From the NCBI RefSeq assembly GCF_000009705.1, contig NC_003272.1, positions 840,001 to 872,000 of the forward strand: a stretch of DNA of 32,000 nucleotides, in the 5' to 3' direction. The stretch's first letter is position 1. Every line of letters begins with the position of its first letter. Below, in pieces: positions 1 through 10,000 of this stretch. This DNA comes from Nostoc sp. PCC 7120 = FACHB-418. GTDB lineage: Bacteria > Cyanobacteriota > Cyanobacteriia > Cyanobacteriales > Nostocaceae. The notes below the pieces were generated by a model. That model was not told the origin of the DNA. It saw nothing but the letters and a program-made list of their open reading frames with translations, and ran no database searches. The translations under genes and the position numbers were made by a program.

Positions 1-372
1 AGGATGAAAGCTAGTTAATACTGGTGAAAAGCCAAATTCAGCCGCAACACCACATAATAAATTAAAGCTATCTGATAGTTCTGTGATCGCATTTTGAATA
101 CTAGAATGAATGGTTGTTCTAATTTCTATCCCCTTTGACAGACAATCAATTACCTCATCTGAATCAGCAAATCTTTCAAACCCCTCAATATACCATCGCT
201 TCTTCCTAATACCTGCATCACCCACGCGTAATTGCAAATGATCATTAGGGTATGTGGGTAGTCTTTCCACGATTTGATTGAATTCTGCAAATGTTGTACA
301 GTCAAAATCTGCTAACTTCCCTTCTCTGTTGAGAAAAGCGACTTCATGTTCGATGCCAAATGAGAATACCAT
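1..372 (-). CDS. N-terminal part of a glutamate--cysteine ligase family-2 / carboxylate-amine ligase-like protein; continues off the left edge
   Basis: Not in the supplied ORF track. My reverse-complement translation from ATG (372-370) is open for all 124 codons: MVFSFGIEHEVAFLNREGKLADFDCTTFAEFNQIVERLPTYPNDHLQLRVGDAGIRKKRWYIEGFERF... The FGIEHEV-type N-terminus resembles GCS2-family ligases. Family call is by eye only. Confidence 0.4.
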   Translation of the reverse strand, partial: MVFSFGIEHEVAFLNREGKLADFDCTTFAEFNQIVERLPTYPNDHLQLRVGDAGIRKKRWYIEGFERFADSDEVIDCLSKGIEIRTTIHSSIQNAITELSDSFNLLCGVAAEFGFSPVLTSFHP

Positions 373-514
373 ACAATCTAATAGAAAAAATTCTCAATAA
401 TTTTACAAAACCATCTTACCCCAAATAGTACTGTTGCGGTTTAGCAAATGTATCTGTTTTAATTTGCACAGATTATGAGATGACCTGCGCTCTCTCTACA
501 CAAGAGTACTATCG

Positions 515-1435
515 ATGAAATATATAAAATCAAAGTTAATTCTCAAAATATTGATTTTGGGATCATTGTTACTCATAGCTCAACAGGTTTTGGCACAAAG
601 TTGGCGACCAGTTCGCGGTAGTATTCTTTTTGGTATCAGTGGGATGGCGCTGATTAGCCAACAAAACTCGTCTCTAGACTTTCTCGTCGTCCACGACAAT
701 AAACAAGCCGACCAAGAACGTTTAGGAGTCATCACAATTAAGGGTAAAAATCAACCCGAATATTTGAGTGTGAGTTGGCAAAGTAATCTTGAATTACCTA
801 TTGATTTAGAAGCTTTAACTTCTATTCCCAACACAAAAGATAGTTTTATTGCTTTAAGCAGCAGTGGCAAAGCTTACAAATTTAGACTAGATTCTGATAA
901 GAAAACTATATCTGTATTGAAAGAGTTTGAATTACCAGCAATACCTCCGGGTAGTAATTTTGAAGGATTTGCCTTGCAAAATATAGAAGGTAAGTTAGTT
1001 GCTATGTGGGCCCACAGAGGAGAAGGAGAAAAACCTTCTACTGTGTATTGGGGAGTCTTAGATTTAAATAAATATCAAATTACATCTAGAAATTTTGCCA
1101 AGATAAAAGTACCATTTCCCACTGGAAATGTGCGGCATATTTCCGATATAAAAATAGACTCAGGTGGAATTGTGTATATTTCTGCCGCCAGTGATGCAGG
1201 AGATAATGGCCCTTTTCAATCAGCTATTTACGCTGCTGGTTACTTAACCTTAAACAATAGTTCTGGGCAAGTTATCTGGCGGCAAAGTCCCCAATTAATC
1301 CCCCTCTACCGCTTTAATCACCATAAAATTGAAGGGATAGAACTTATTCCTGGTGCAGATGGTGGCTTAATCGTGGGTACAGACGATGAAAACTTTGGTG
1401 CTTACGTTTATAGTTTGGGTGATAACGTTTTGTAG
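515..1435 (+). CDS. Secreted hypothetical protein (N-terminal signal peptide; possibly a beta-propeller-like fold)
   Basis: 306-aa ORF. N-terminus MKYIKSKLILKILILGSLLLIAQQVLAQS has a charged n-region, hydrophobic core and AQ-S cleavage-like site. Recurrent EG(F/I) motifs occur in beta-rich sequence. No family recognised. Confidence 0.65.
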   Translation: MKYIKSKLILKILILGSLLLIAQQVLAQSWRPVRGSILFGISGMALISQQNSSLDFLVVHDNKQADQERLGVITIKGKNQPEYLSVSWQSNLELPIDLEALTSIPNTKDSFIALSSSGKAYKFRLDSDKKTISVLKEFELPAIPPGSNFEGFALQNIEGKLVAMWAHRGEGEKPSTVYWGVLDLNKYQITSRNFAKIKVPFPTGNVRHISDIKIDSGGIVYISAASDAGDNGPFQSAIYAAGYLTLNNSSGQVIWRQSPQLIPLYRFNHHKIEGIELIPGADGGLIVGTDDENFGAYVYSLGDNVL

Positions 1436-1455
1436 AGACGCGACGAATCGCGTCT
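1436..1455. terminator. Perfect 8-bp stem / 4-nt loop hairpin between convergent genes (possible bidirectional terminator; no U-tract)
   Basis: AGACGCGA-cgaa-TCGCGTCT lies immediately after the TAG of the 515..1435 ORF and 7 nt before the stop of ychF on the other strand. Confidence 0.4.
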
Positions 1456-1461
1456 TGATAA

Positions 1462-2553
1462 TTAGACGTTAAATCGGAATAACATCACATCGCCTTCCTG
1501 CACAATATATTCTTTACCTTCACTACGAACTAACCCTTTTTCTTTCGCAGCACTCAGAGAACCATTTGCGACTAAATCATTGTATGCAACGGTTTCCGCA
1601 CGAATAAATCCTCGCTCAAAATCAGAGTGAATTACACCTGCGGCTTGAGGTGCTGACATTCCTGCATTGATTGTCCAAGCACGGGTTTCTTTTGGGCCAC
1701 TGGTGAAATAAGTCCGTAATCCCAATAGCTCATAAGTAGCACGAATCAGAGATTTTAATCCGCCTTCTTTTACCCCTAAAGATTCCAAAAAATCAGCCTT
1801 GTCTTCTTCCGGTAATTCCACCAGTTCTGCTTCTACTTGAGCAGAAACAACCACAACTTGAGCATTTTCCTGGGCTGCAACTTGGCGGACTCTTTCCACA
1901 AATTCATTACCAGTTGCTAATTCTTCTTCAGAAACATTAGCCGCGTAAATAATCGGCTTATTTGTCAATAGTCCCAGTCCCTTAATAATTTCGGCTTCTT
2001 CTTCAGTTAAACTTATTTGCCGCACTGATTTACCTTCATTTAAGGCAGCAGCTAACTTTTCTAAGACTGTTACCTCAAATTGTGCATCTTTGCTGGTGCG
2101 CGCTTGCTTACGTGTGCGTTCAATCCGGCGTTCAATCTGGGCTAAATCTGATAAACCCAATTCGATACTAATAATTTCAATATCTCTGGCTGGGTCAACT
2201 GAACCAGCAACGTGGATGATATCATCATTTTCAAAACAACGTACTACATGAACGATCGCATCAACTTCTCGGATATGAGATAAAAATTGATTACCTAATC
2301 CTTCACCTTGGCTTGCGCCTTTCACTAAGCCGGCAATATCCACAAACTCAACTCGTGCGGGAATAATTTGTGCCGAACCGGAAATTTGTGAAAGCACATT
2401 TAGCCGCTCATCTGGGACTGCAACTACACCGACATTCGGTTCAATTGTGCAGAATGGGAAGTTAGCCGCTTCTGCTTTGGCATTAGCGACTACAGCATTA
2501 AATAAAGTAGATTTTCCAACGTTGGGAAGTCCGACAATTCCGGCTCTTAGCAT
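1462..2553 (-). CDS. ychF: Ribosome-binding ATPase YchF (Obg-like GTPase family)
   Basis: 363 aa. It has an N-terminal P-loop GIVGLPNVGKSTLFNA, an internal coiled-coil insert, and a TGS-like C-terminus ending ...GKEYIVQEGDVMLFRFNV, typical of YchF. Confidence 0.95.
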   Translation of the reverse strand: MLRAGIVGLPNVGKSTLFNAVVANAKAEAANFPFCTIEPNVGVVAVPDERLNVLSQISGSAQIIPARVEFVDIAGLVKGASQGEGLGNQFLSHIREVDAIVHVVRCFENDDIIHVAGSVDPARDIEIISIELGLSDLAQIERRIERTRKQARTSKDAQFEVTVLEKLAAALNEGKSVRQISLTEEEAEIIKGLGLLTNKPIIYAANVSEEELATGNEFVERVRQVAAQENAQVVVVSAQVEAELVELPEEDKADFLESLGVKEGGLKSLIRATYELLGLRTYFTSGPKETRAWTINAGMSAPQAAGVIHSDFERGFIRAETVAYNDLVANGSLSAAKEKGLVRSEGKEYIVQEGDVMLFRFNV

Positions 2554-2574
2554 TTTAGATGTGGGATTTTGAGT

Positions 2575-2796
2575 TTATACAGGCCCCGGTATGGTTTGGG
2601 GGATAGGTTCTGGTACAGTTTGGGGAATAGTCCCTGGAACTGTTTGGGGAATGGGAGCAGGTACAGGTTCCGGTACAGGCTCCGGTATCGGTTGGGGAAT
2701 CCTTGGCTCTGGTGTAGGTTCAGAACCAGGTAACGGGTTTGGTTCAGGGTTGGGAATTTGTGGTTCAGGAATGGAAATAGCTGTGGGATAAATCAT
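2575..2796 (-). CDS. Proline-rich repeat mini-protein (PEP/IPQTVPxx octapeptide repeats); coding status and strand uncertain
   Basis: 73-aa ORF that is 34% Pro (25 of 73 residues), with C-terminal repeats IPQTVPGT/IPQTVPEP/IPQTIPGP encoded by about 24-nt DNA repeats. A mirror Gly/Trp-rich ORF (2591..2791 +) is also open because the repeat lacks stops. The ORF is co-directional and in frame with ychF. Confidence 0.3.
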   Translation of the reverse strand: MIYPTAISIPEPQIPNPEPNPLPGSEPTPEPRIPQPIPEPVPEPVPAPIPQTVPGTIPQTVPEPIPQTIPGPV

Positions 2797-2986
2797 GCTA
2801 AATCTAAATCATTGGACTTTCCCAAGCTAGATGACAACTTGAATTGTTGACATCCCCCTAAATGACTATACCTAAACCCTTTGATAATTCACAACTATGT
2901 AGGAATCCTCATTTAATCCTGCTCAGTATACTAATAAGTAAATCTTTATAGAGCAAGTTTCTAGCGAAAGGAGCTAGCTAGATAAT

Positions 2987-3433
2987 ATGCCAACAAATTA
3001 TCCAACGAAAATTGCCATTTTGTGGATAGTGTTCCTTTTAGGAACCGTATTTCATACTCAACTGGCTTTAATGCCACTTTTTCACGGTTTGAGTGTAATT
3101 GAATCGCAAAAAGCCACAAACATCAATGAGATATCAGGAATTATGTGGTTGATGCTGGGCTTTTTTGCGCTGCCGATGTTAGCAATCGTTAGCACCATGT
3201 TCACGGATAATAAACGCTATAGATTAGTACATTTTGGATTGACCATAATTTATAGCCTTTTAAATTTCATTCATCTAGTATTAGACTTGCTACTGCCACA
3301 AATTATTTGGTATCAAATCACATTAATGGTGCTGTTATTTTTAATTGGATTACTATTAAATTTCGTGGCTTTTCAATGGATAAAGGCACCATCAAGAAAC
3401 AATAATTATCCAGAGCATTTAACTATCCGATAG
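2987..3433 (+). CDS. Small integral membrane protein (about 4 TM helices), unknown function
   Basis: 148 aa with four long hydrophobic segments. AAGGAG lies 11 nt upstream of the ATG. The 3' end overlaps the convergent 3419..4993 gene by 15 nt. Confidence 0.6.
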   Translation: MPTNYPTKIAILWIVFLLGTVFHTQLALMPLFHGLSVIESQKATNINEISGIMWLMLGFFALPMLAIVSTMFTDNKRYRLVHFGLTIIYSLLNFIHLVLDLLLPQIIWYQITLMVLLFLIGLLLNFVAFQWIKAPSRNNNYPEHLTIR

Positions 3434-4993
3434 ACGATAAACATAATATAAAGGAGTTTCAGCAATGAGTTGAGATTTTTCTTGATATTTTGCCAATTCT
3501 TGAGGAAAATTCTCGGTTTTGCGAAGTTTATAGTTTCCTAATGATTCATATTTTGCATGAATAATGTAAAAGCCTGCTTGACACTCAGCTATAAAATTTA
3601 GACTTCGTTTAGTAATATAACGGTCAATGTACTCATCATTTCTCAGATTGCGATAATTGCCATTAGGGTGACAAAGAGTAGATTGTTCTGGCAAATTTCT
3701 CAGGCTATCTGCTATATCACGGGTACTAAGAATCCGGGTAATTCCTGACCTACTGTTTATATAATTAAGATGTAAGTTTAAATTAATTGTTATAGAAATA
3801 GTAATACAGGCGATGATAAAAACTGATAAAAAACTATTAAAATTTTTAGATAGCTTTAGATAAGCTAAACTACAAATTGTAAAAAATATAGGAGCCAAAT
3901 AAATTAACAATTTATAAAATGTAGGATTGTAAGTATTTTCCATATCTGTGGACGAATAAGCAGCGAGGAAGACCAGCCAGATTAAGAATAATAAATTTAA
4001 CAGTATACGATTGCCTCGAAATTTCATAATCCCTAATCCTAATATCAAAGAGAGGAAGATTAGAGAAATGAATCCACTTTTCCAAGATTCACCAGCAAAA
4101 TATACTTCTTGTCCTAATCCAAAATAACCGTTGAATATAGCCTTGAATCTTGATAATATGGCAATGCCATATTCTTTACTGCCACTAGATTTTGTCGCTA
4201 CAGCGATAATTCTGGCGGTGTTTATCCAGTTTCTACCAATTTCACCGACCCAGTACGGTGTCATCGCAATGATGGCAGATAAAGCAGCTACACCAGATAA
4301 CATCCATCTTCTCTTTTGTCGGAAATTTTTAGAAATATAAAAAATAATCGTAATGATAAAAACTACTGGCATTACATAGAGAGTAGAGAAATGTAAATTT
4401 GATATTATTGCTAGTACAAAACCATAAGCTATCCAAGACAATACCTCTAGATTTGGAGATAGTTTACCTTCCATTTGATAAGTGTATAGCAATACAAAAC
4501 AAAGCAGGAAAAACGTAATTGATACGGGATTTCCTGCAATACTATTGCCTGTACTCATGACAATATTTTGAAATAGACAGATATACCAAAATCCTGCTAA
4601 TGCTGATAGGAATAACCTTTTATCATACTCAACATTTTCCAGCAGCTTATAAGTTGTTAAAATAAGTAAAGGAATAGAAAAAAAAGTAAGGAGCGCATTC
4701 GGCATTGCCTGAGCAGATAAATCAGCAGTCAAGGCGGTGAAAGGAAATACTAAATAGTAATATAAAGGTGGGAGATAAAATTCGCCGACCAGACCAGACC
4801 AAGCGGTAGGGCCTGAACCTAATGTAGGCCACTTTCCGTCCCATGTTGCCATAATTCTGTAGGCATCGTTGATTTGATCGCCACTATAATCACTGAAGTT
4901 TATGACAACAAAACTTAAAATATAAATTCCCCATATCAAAGATAAAAACATCATGATATAGCTCACTTTTTTAAGACTTATATGCTGTAGCAT
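3419..4993 (-). CDS. Polytopic membrane protein, GT-C fold glycosyltransferase-like (ArnT/PMT family 39-like)
   Basis: 524 aa with more than 10 predicted TM helices followed by a soluble C-terminal domain of about 110 aa. This layout and the first-loop acidic motif (SGDQINDAYR) resemble ArnT/PMT-type transferases. Recognition is by architecture only. Confidence 0.5.
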   Translation of the reverse strand: MLQHISLKKVSYIMMFLSLIWGIYILSFVVINFSDYSGDQINDAYRIMATWDGKWPTLGSGPTAWSGLVGEFYLPPLYYYLVFPFTALTADLSAQAMPNALLTFFSIPLLILTTYKLLENVEYDKRLFLSALAGFWYICLFQNIVMSTGNSIAGNPVSITFFLLCFVLLYTYQMEGKLSPNLEVLSWIAYGFVLAIISNLHFSTLYVMPVVFIITIIFYISKNFRQKRRWMLSGVAALSAIIAMTPYWVGEIGRNWINTARIIAVATKSSGSKEYGIAILSRFKAIFNGYFGLGQEVYFAGESWKSGFISLIFLSLILGLGIMKFRGNRILLNLLFLIWLVFLAAYSSTDMENTYNPTFYKLLIYLAPIFFTICSLAYLKLSKNFNSFLSVFIIACITISITINLNLHLNYINSRSGITRILSTRDIADSLRNLPEQSTLCHPNGNYRNLRNDEYIDRYITKRSLNFIAECQAGFYIIHAKYESLGNYKLRKTENFPQELAKYQEKSQLIAETPLYYVYRLSDS

Positions 4994-5402
4994 GGTTTTT
5001 GAATTAACCTGATTTTTTCAGAAAATTATCAATGTCATAGTAATATAAAGAATGGTTGTATTAAAAATATCCGATACAAGCTATACCAATTCTTTATAAA
5101 TCAATTGCCATAATAAAGTTCTTAAAAACTTAGGCGAATATATAATCAGACTTTTATATATAGCTGCTGACTTTTAACAGACTTAAAAGCCTTTTATCGT
5201 CAGGGTTTTATCTTAGCTTGATGTCCTGATATATCTGACTACAGCTATATTTTTAATGTTAAATAATATACGCATTTATATACATATTTGTACTCAGGAT
5301 GAAAATCAATCTATATTTAAATGCCCAAGGTTTTAACCACCAACTGGTGCAAAACTCTGGACATGAACACCGGAAAAATTAGATCACACACAACGTGAAA
5401 AG

Positions 5403-6179
5403 TTAAGAGGCTAATAAGTTAGCCGAATTGATATCCAAAAATAAAGTTGCTTGTGGTTGTTGGCGTAACACAGAAGCCGGGCAAGTTGTCCTAATTGACC
5501 CTTGTAGCATTTGTTTGACAATCTGTGCTTTACGTTGTTCTGGTGCTAGACAGAATATTTTTTTAGCTGAACAGATTAATGGCAAGGTGACAGTAAAAGC
5601 GTACTGAGGAACACTATCAAGATGAGGAAATTGACCTGTATTGACCTGCTGTTGACGGTTTACCGGATCTAGCTTTACCAGCTTGACGCTGTAAGGGTCT
5701 TGGAAATTCGCTACAGATGGATCATTAAAAGCTAAGTGTCCGTTTTCACCAACGCCAAGACAACACAGGTCTATTGGTTGTGCTTGTAGTAATTTAGTAT
5801 AGCGATCGCATTCTGCTAAGGGTTCTAATGTATCACCCTCAATATAGTGAAATTGCTGGGGAAAAACTCGCTTTTCTACACGTTCCCGCAGATAACGACG
5901 AAAACTTGCCGGATGATCAGCCGTAATTCCCAAATATTCATCCAAATGAAATAAGGTAATTCTTGACCAATCTACACCACCCAAGGCTATCAACGCATCC
6001 AAAAATTTTAGTTGAGAATTTCCTGTTGCTAACAACACAGCAGCAGTCTTTTTTTCTTCTAGTAAAGATTGTAGATACTTGCGTACAATCGCTGCCACAT
6101 CCTGGGCCATGTCGGCTTCAGATTTGTAAATTTGGACTGACAGATGATCAACACGAAAAAAGTTTGTAGCGGCTACCAT
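5403..6179 (-). CDS. nagB: Glucosamine-6-phosphate deaminase / 6-phosphogluconolactonase family protein (NagB-like)
   Basis: 258 aa with LATGNSQLKFLDAL, HLDEY and GVGENGHLAFNDP motifs characteristic of the NagB/SolR/DevB sugar-phosphate isomerase family. Confidence 0.8.
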   Translation of the reverse strand: MVAATNFFRVDHLSVQIYKSEADMAQDVAAIVRKYLQSLLEEKKTAAVLLATGNSQLKFLDALIALGGVDWSRITLFHLDEYLGITADHPASFRRYLRERVEKRVFPQQFHYIEGDTLEPLAECDRYTKLLQAQPIDLCCLGVGENGHLAFNDPSVANFQDPYSVKLVKLDPVNRQQQVNTGQFPHLDSVPQYAFTVTLPLICSAKKIFCLAPEQRKAQIVKQMLQGSIRTTCPASVLRQQPQATLFLDINSANLLAS

Positions 6180-6314
6180 ATCGAAAACTGAGGACTGGGT
6201 AATACCTTTAATCTAACCTTTAAGCTTCATGGCAGTCCGAGATGACTTAGGAACATAAAACAATGTAGACTATGTAAATTAAGTTAATAATTATTTACAT
6301 TACATCCAAACATC

Positions 6315-6992
6315 ATGCTAACTGCGATTCTCTTTGATTTAGACGGTACTATCGTCAATACTGATCCTATACATTACCAAGCTTGGCGACAAATGTTGTG
6401 GAAATGCAACATAGAAATTGATGAAACATTTTATAAATCTCGAATTAGTGGTCGTTTAAACCCAGAAATTGTTAAGGACATTCTGCCAGAATTATCATCA
6501 GCCGCAGGTAGAGAATTTGCCGATGAAAAAGAAGCCTTGTTTCGGGAACTAGCCTCCCATCTTCAACCATTAAACGGATTTGCTGAACTCATAGCTTGGA
6601 CAGAAGTACATCAGTTAAAACGTGCTTTAGTAACAAATGCTCCGAGATTAAACGCAGAGTTTATGTTGGAGGTATTGGGAATAACAGATAGTTTCCATCA
6701 AATTGTCTTGGCTGATGATTGCGTAGCGGGTAAACCAGATCCAGCACCTTATCAAGTTGCTTTGAGTAAGTTGGGGATTCCAGCAGAGAAGGCGATCGCT
6801 TTGGAAGATTCCCCCTCTGGGATTCGCGCAGCAGTTGGCGCAGGTATTCGTACTATTGGGATTGCCTCCACTCACGACCCTGATATTTTGCTGGAGGTTG
6901 GCTCATTTATGGCGATTCCTGATTTTACAGATTTACATTTGTGGACGTTACTAAACTCATTAATTGAGCCAGATTTAATTCGTAGTACGTGA
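6315..6992 (+). CDS. HAD-superfamily hydrolase, beta-phosphoglucomutase-like subfamily IA
   Basis: 225 aa. Motif I is FDLDGTIVNTD, motif II is VTNA, and there is a motif III/IV-like GKPDPAPY...EDSPSGIRAA. Confidence 0.85.
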   Translation: MLTAILFDLDGTIVNTDPIHYQAWRQMLWKCNIEIDETFYKSRISGRLNPEIVKDILPELSSAAGREFADEKEALFRELASHLQPLNGFAELIAWTEVHQLKRALVTNAPRLNAEFMLEVLGITDSFHQIVLADDCVAGKPDPAPYQVALSKLGIPAEKAIALEDSPSGIRAAVGAGIRTIGIASTHDPDILLEVGSFMAIPDFTDLHLWTLLNSLIEPDLIRST

Positions 6993-7015
6993 TGGTTATA
7001 CCAATTCAATGAGGA

Positions 7016-7051
7016 CTTACACCCAGGATGTTTGTTAAGACTGGGTGTAAG
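7016..7051. repeat. 11-bp perfect hairpin (CTTACACCCAG-14 nt-CTGGGTGTAAG) between convergent genes; member of the GGGTGTAAGGG repeat family
   Basis: Seen directly. The surrounding sequence AGGACTTAC...GACTGGGTGTAAGGGT aligns with the left half of the MITE-like element at 29471..29599. Confidence 0.55.
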
Positions 7052-7058
7052 GGTAGGA

Positions 7059-10000
7059 TTACGAAATATCTTTTATAGTACTAACTATCTCCATAATTTT
7101 TTCAAACTGGAAATTATGGGCTAAATCTACAAAATACTCTTTCAAAGCGGTATTTTCGGCAGATATTTCTCCAACTAACTTTAAAATCAAATCATCGCTA
7201 CATTGGGCGGCGGCATTATATAAATTTATTAGCCAATCCCTTGGTAGTGTAGATAACAAAGGTAACAAATTATCATGTGTAAATATTTTTGTCCTAGCTT
7301 TTAGGGTTTGAGAACTGTCTTCTTGATAAAGGTATTTTATTCCTAAATATTTATTGAGCTTTTCGAGAATTTCTTTTTCGGAGAACGGCTTGTTAATTAA
7401 ATCATCACAGCCCACTTGCAGCATTGCCTGGCGTTGTTCTTCAAAAGCGTGAGCAGTCAAAGCAATGATAATTGTGTGGGGGTTGGGTATGGTGGTGTGA
7501 TTTTCTATTTCAGCAGAACGAATGAAGTGAGTGGCTTCGTAACCATCCATTATTGGCATCCGCATATCCATCAAGATTAACTGTGGATGCCACTGTTGCC
7601 ATATAGCCAGAGCTTCTTGACCATTGGCGGCTTCTTGCACCACAAAACCAACAGATGACAGGAGTTTCACTAATAACAATCGACTGTCTGCTACATCATC
7701 TACTACCAAGATGCGACATTCTCGTTGTTGTGGTGCTAAACCAATGACTGAGCGTGTAGTGGGCTGATAGGGAATTTCATGGGCAGAAACCAAGCCCACT
7801 TGTATCTGAAAACTAAATGTACTCCCCACCCCCACAGCACTACTGACGCTAATATCACCCCCCATCAGTTGTACGTATTTGCGGCTAATAGCCAAACCCA
7901 ATCCTGTACCTTGTTGGGATTTTCGTCCGGCTTCCGTTTGTCCAAATGCTTCAAACAATACACATACTTCATCATCACAGATGCCGATGCCAGTATCTTG
8001 TATTTCAAATATTAGGGACTGGGGATTAGTGATTGGGGATTGGGTGTTAGGTATGGAGAGATGAGTTTTGGTATCTTCCTCAGTCCCCAGTCCCCAGTCC
8101 CCAGTCCCCATCTTTACCCGTAAGATGATACTGCCCGTTTCGGTGAACTTGATGGCATTACCTAAGATATTGAGTAAGACTTGACGTAGTTTACTTTCGT
8201 CAGCTTGGATATGTTGGGCTATGTTAGGGGCGTATTCAAATTTGAGGTGTAAACCTTTGGCTGTGGCTCGGCCTTGCATCATTTCTTGCAAGTTATCCAA
8301 CAGGTGAATTAAATCAAAGCTATTAATGTTTAAGGTGGTTCTACCTGCTTCGATTTTGGACATTTCTAGAACGTCGTTGATCAAGTCTAGTAAATGTTCT
8401 CCTGCACGGTTAATAATCGTTAGGTTCTGTTGGTTGTCTTTCGACAGTGTTTTGTCATGGCTCATGATTTGTGTGAAGCCTAAAATTGCGTTGAGTGGTG
8501 TCCGCAATTCGTGGCTCATGTTGGCGAGGAATTCGCTTTTGGCTCGGTTTGCTGCATCTGCGGCGATCGCAGCTGCTTCTAGGGCTTGTGATTGTCTTTG
8601 GGTTTGTGTCAGCAGTTGTGCTTGCTGCAATGCAACTTCTAACTGATTGCCGATTTGAATGACGATGTTAATTTCGCCAGTTTTCCATTGACGAGGGCCA
8701 GAGTTTTGGTAAGTTGCTAATAATCCCCAAACTTGGTCACCAGATAGAATAGGGACGATAATATAAGCCTTTGCTTGCAAGCGCTCTAAAAATTCAATGT
8801 AGCAGGAACCAAATCCAGCTTGATAAATGTCTGCAACGCAGAGAAAATTTTTGTCTGGGGTAGCTTGTGGCGTATATTCTAACAACTTGGCCAGACAACT
8901 TTGGTCTTTCGCTGTATTTTCCGTCAGATGGGGTACATTTTTTTGTTTTTCGATGAGGGAAATCCAACCTTTCCCCCAAGATTCGGCGACAAATTCACCA
9001 CTCCCCTGGGAGTCGAAACGATAAACCACGGCGCGATCGCAGTTGAGGACTTGTCTTAGTTCTTCGGTGGTGGCAGCAAATATGGTATCTAAATCTAGGG
9101 TTTGGCGCATTCGTTGAATAACTTGGGCGATCGCTCTTTCCCTCTCGATGCTTTCTTTGAGCGCTTCTTCTGCTCGCTTGCGTAAGCGCAGCTCGTCGTA
9201 GACATCGCTAATTTCTACTATCACTTTACCCACACCAGAAAGCTGATTACCCTCCCCAGGAATGGGAAAATAAGAAACTAAAAAGTGGCGTAGGCTATCT
9301 GCTTGGTTGACTGCGGGAAGACTCAATTCTACATTCAGAATTGGTTGACCAGTTAAGAGTACTTTTTGGCACAATGGTGTGACTAGAGGCGCGATTCGGG
9401 GTGCTATCTCTTCCAGAGTCTTGCCAATATGTTCTTGAGCAGGTTTACCGTGAATATGTGCTATTAACTCATTAATTTGCACAAACCGTAGTTGATTATC
9501 TAAAATGCTCATACCCACAGGAGCGCCACTGAAAAAGGCATTGAGACGAGCTTCTCGCAATTCTAGTTCTTTTTCTAAAATTTTTCGCTCTGTTATATCT
9601 TTGGTCGTGCCTGTCATCCGTAAAGGCTGACCCTGCTCGTTGCGTTCCACAATCTGGCCACGAGACTGTACCCATTTCCAACCCCCGGCGGCGCAACGCA
9701 TCCGAAATTCCATTTCATAAACGGGGGTAACACCTTGCAAATGAGCGGTGATTGCTGATTTGACTGTGGCTAAATCTTCAGGATGCAACAATTGCTCGAT
9801 GACTCGTTCATCATCTTCTATATCCTCTTGTGTGTAACCTAACATCTTTTGCCACTGCCAGTCCCGATAAATTTTACCAGTGGTAATATTCCAATCCCAT
9901 AACCCTAAATCGCTGGCTTCTAAGGCTAGTTGTAAACGTTCTTCGCTGTTTCGGTGAGCAGACTCTATTAACTTGCGTTCAATCAAGCTACCTAATTGGG

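Noticed and set aside
430-440. 11-mer ACTGTTGCGGT shared between the 373-514 intergenic region and 12207-12217
   Set aside because: By my estimate, hundreds of 11-mer coincidences are expected in a 32-kb window, so this is not significant.
2591-2791. 66-aa Gly/Trp-rich plus-strand ORF (possible glycine-rich peptide or bacteriocin precursor)
   Set aside because: It is the mirror image of the Pro-rich repeat ORF and is open only because the repeat lacks stops. I saw no leader peptide, Shine-Dalgarno sequence or nearby modification or export genes. It is kept only as an alternative in the finding.
6272-6300. 8-bp inverted repeat ATGTAAAT-13 nt-ATTTACAT in the nagB/HAD divergent promoter region
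   Set aside because: It is a short AT-only palindrome in AT-rich DNA and could easily arise by chance. There is no second copy or recognisable operator consensus.
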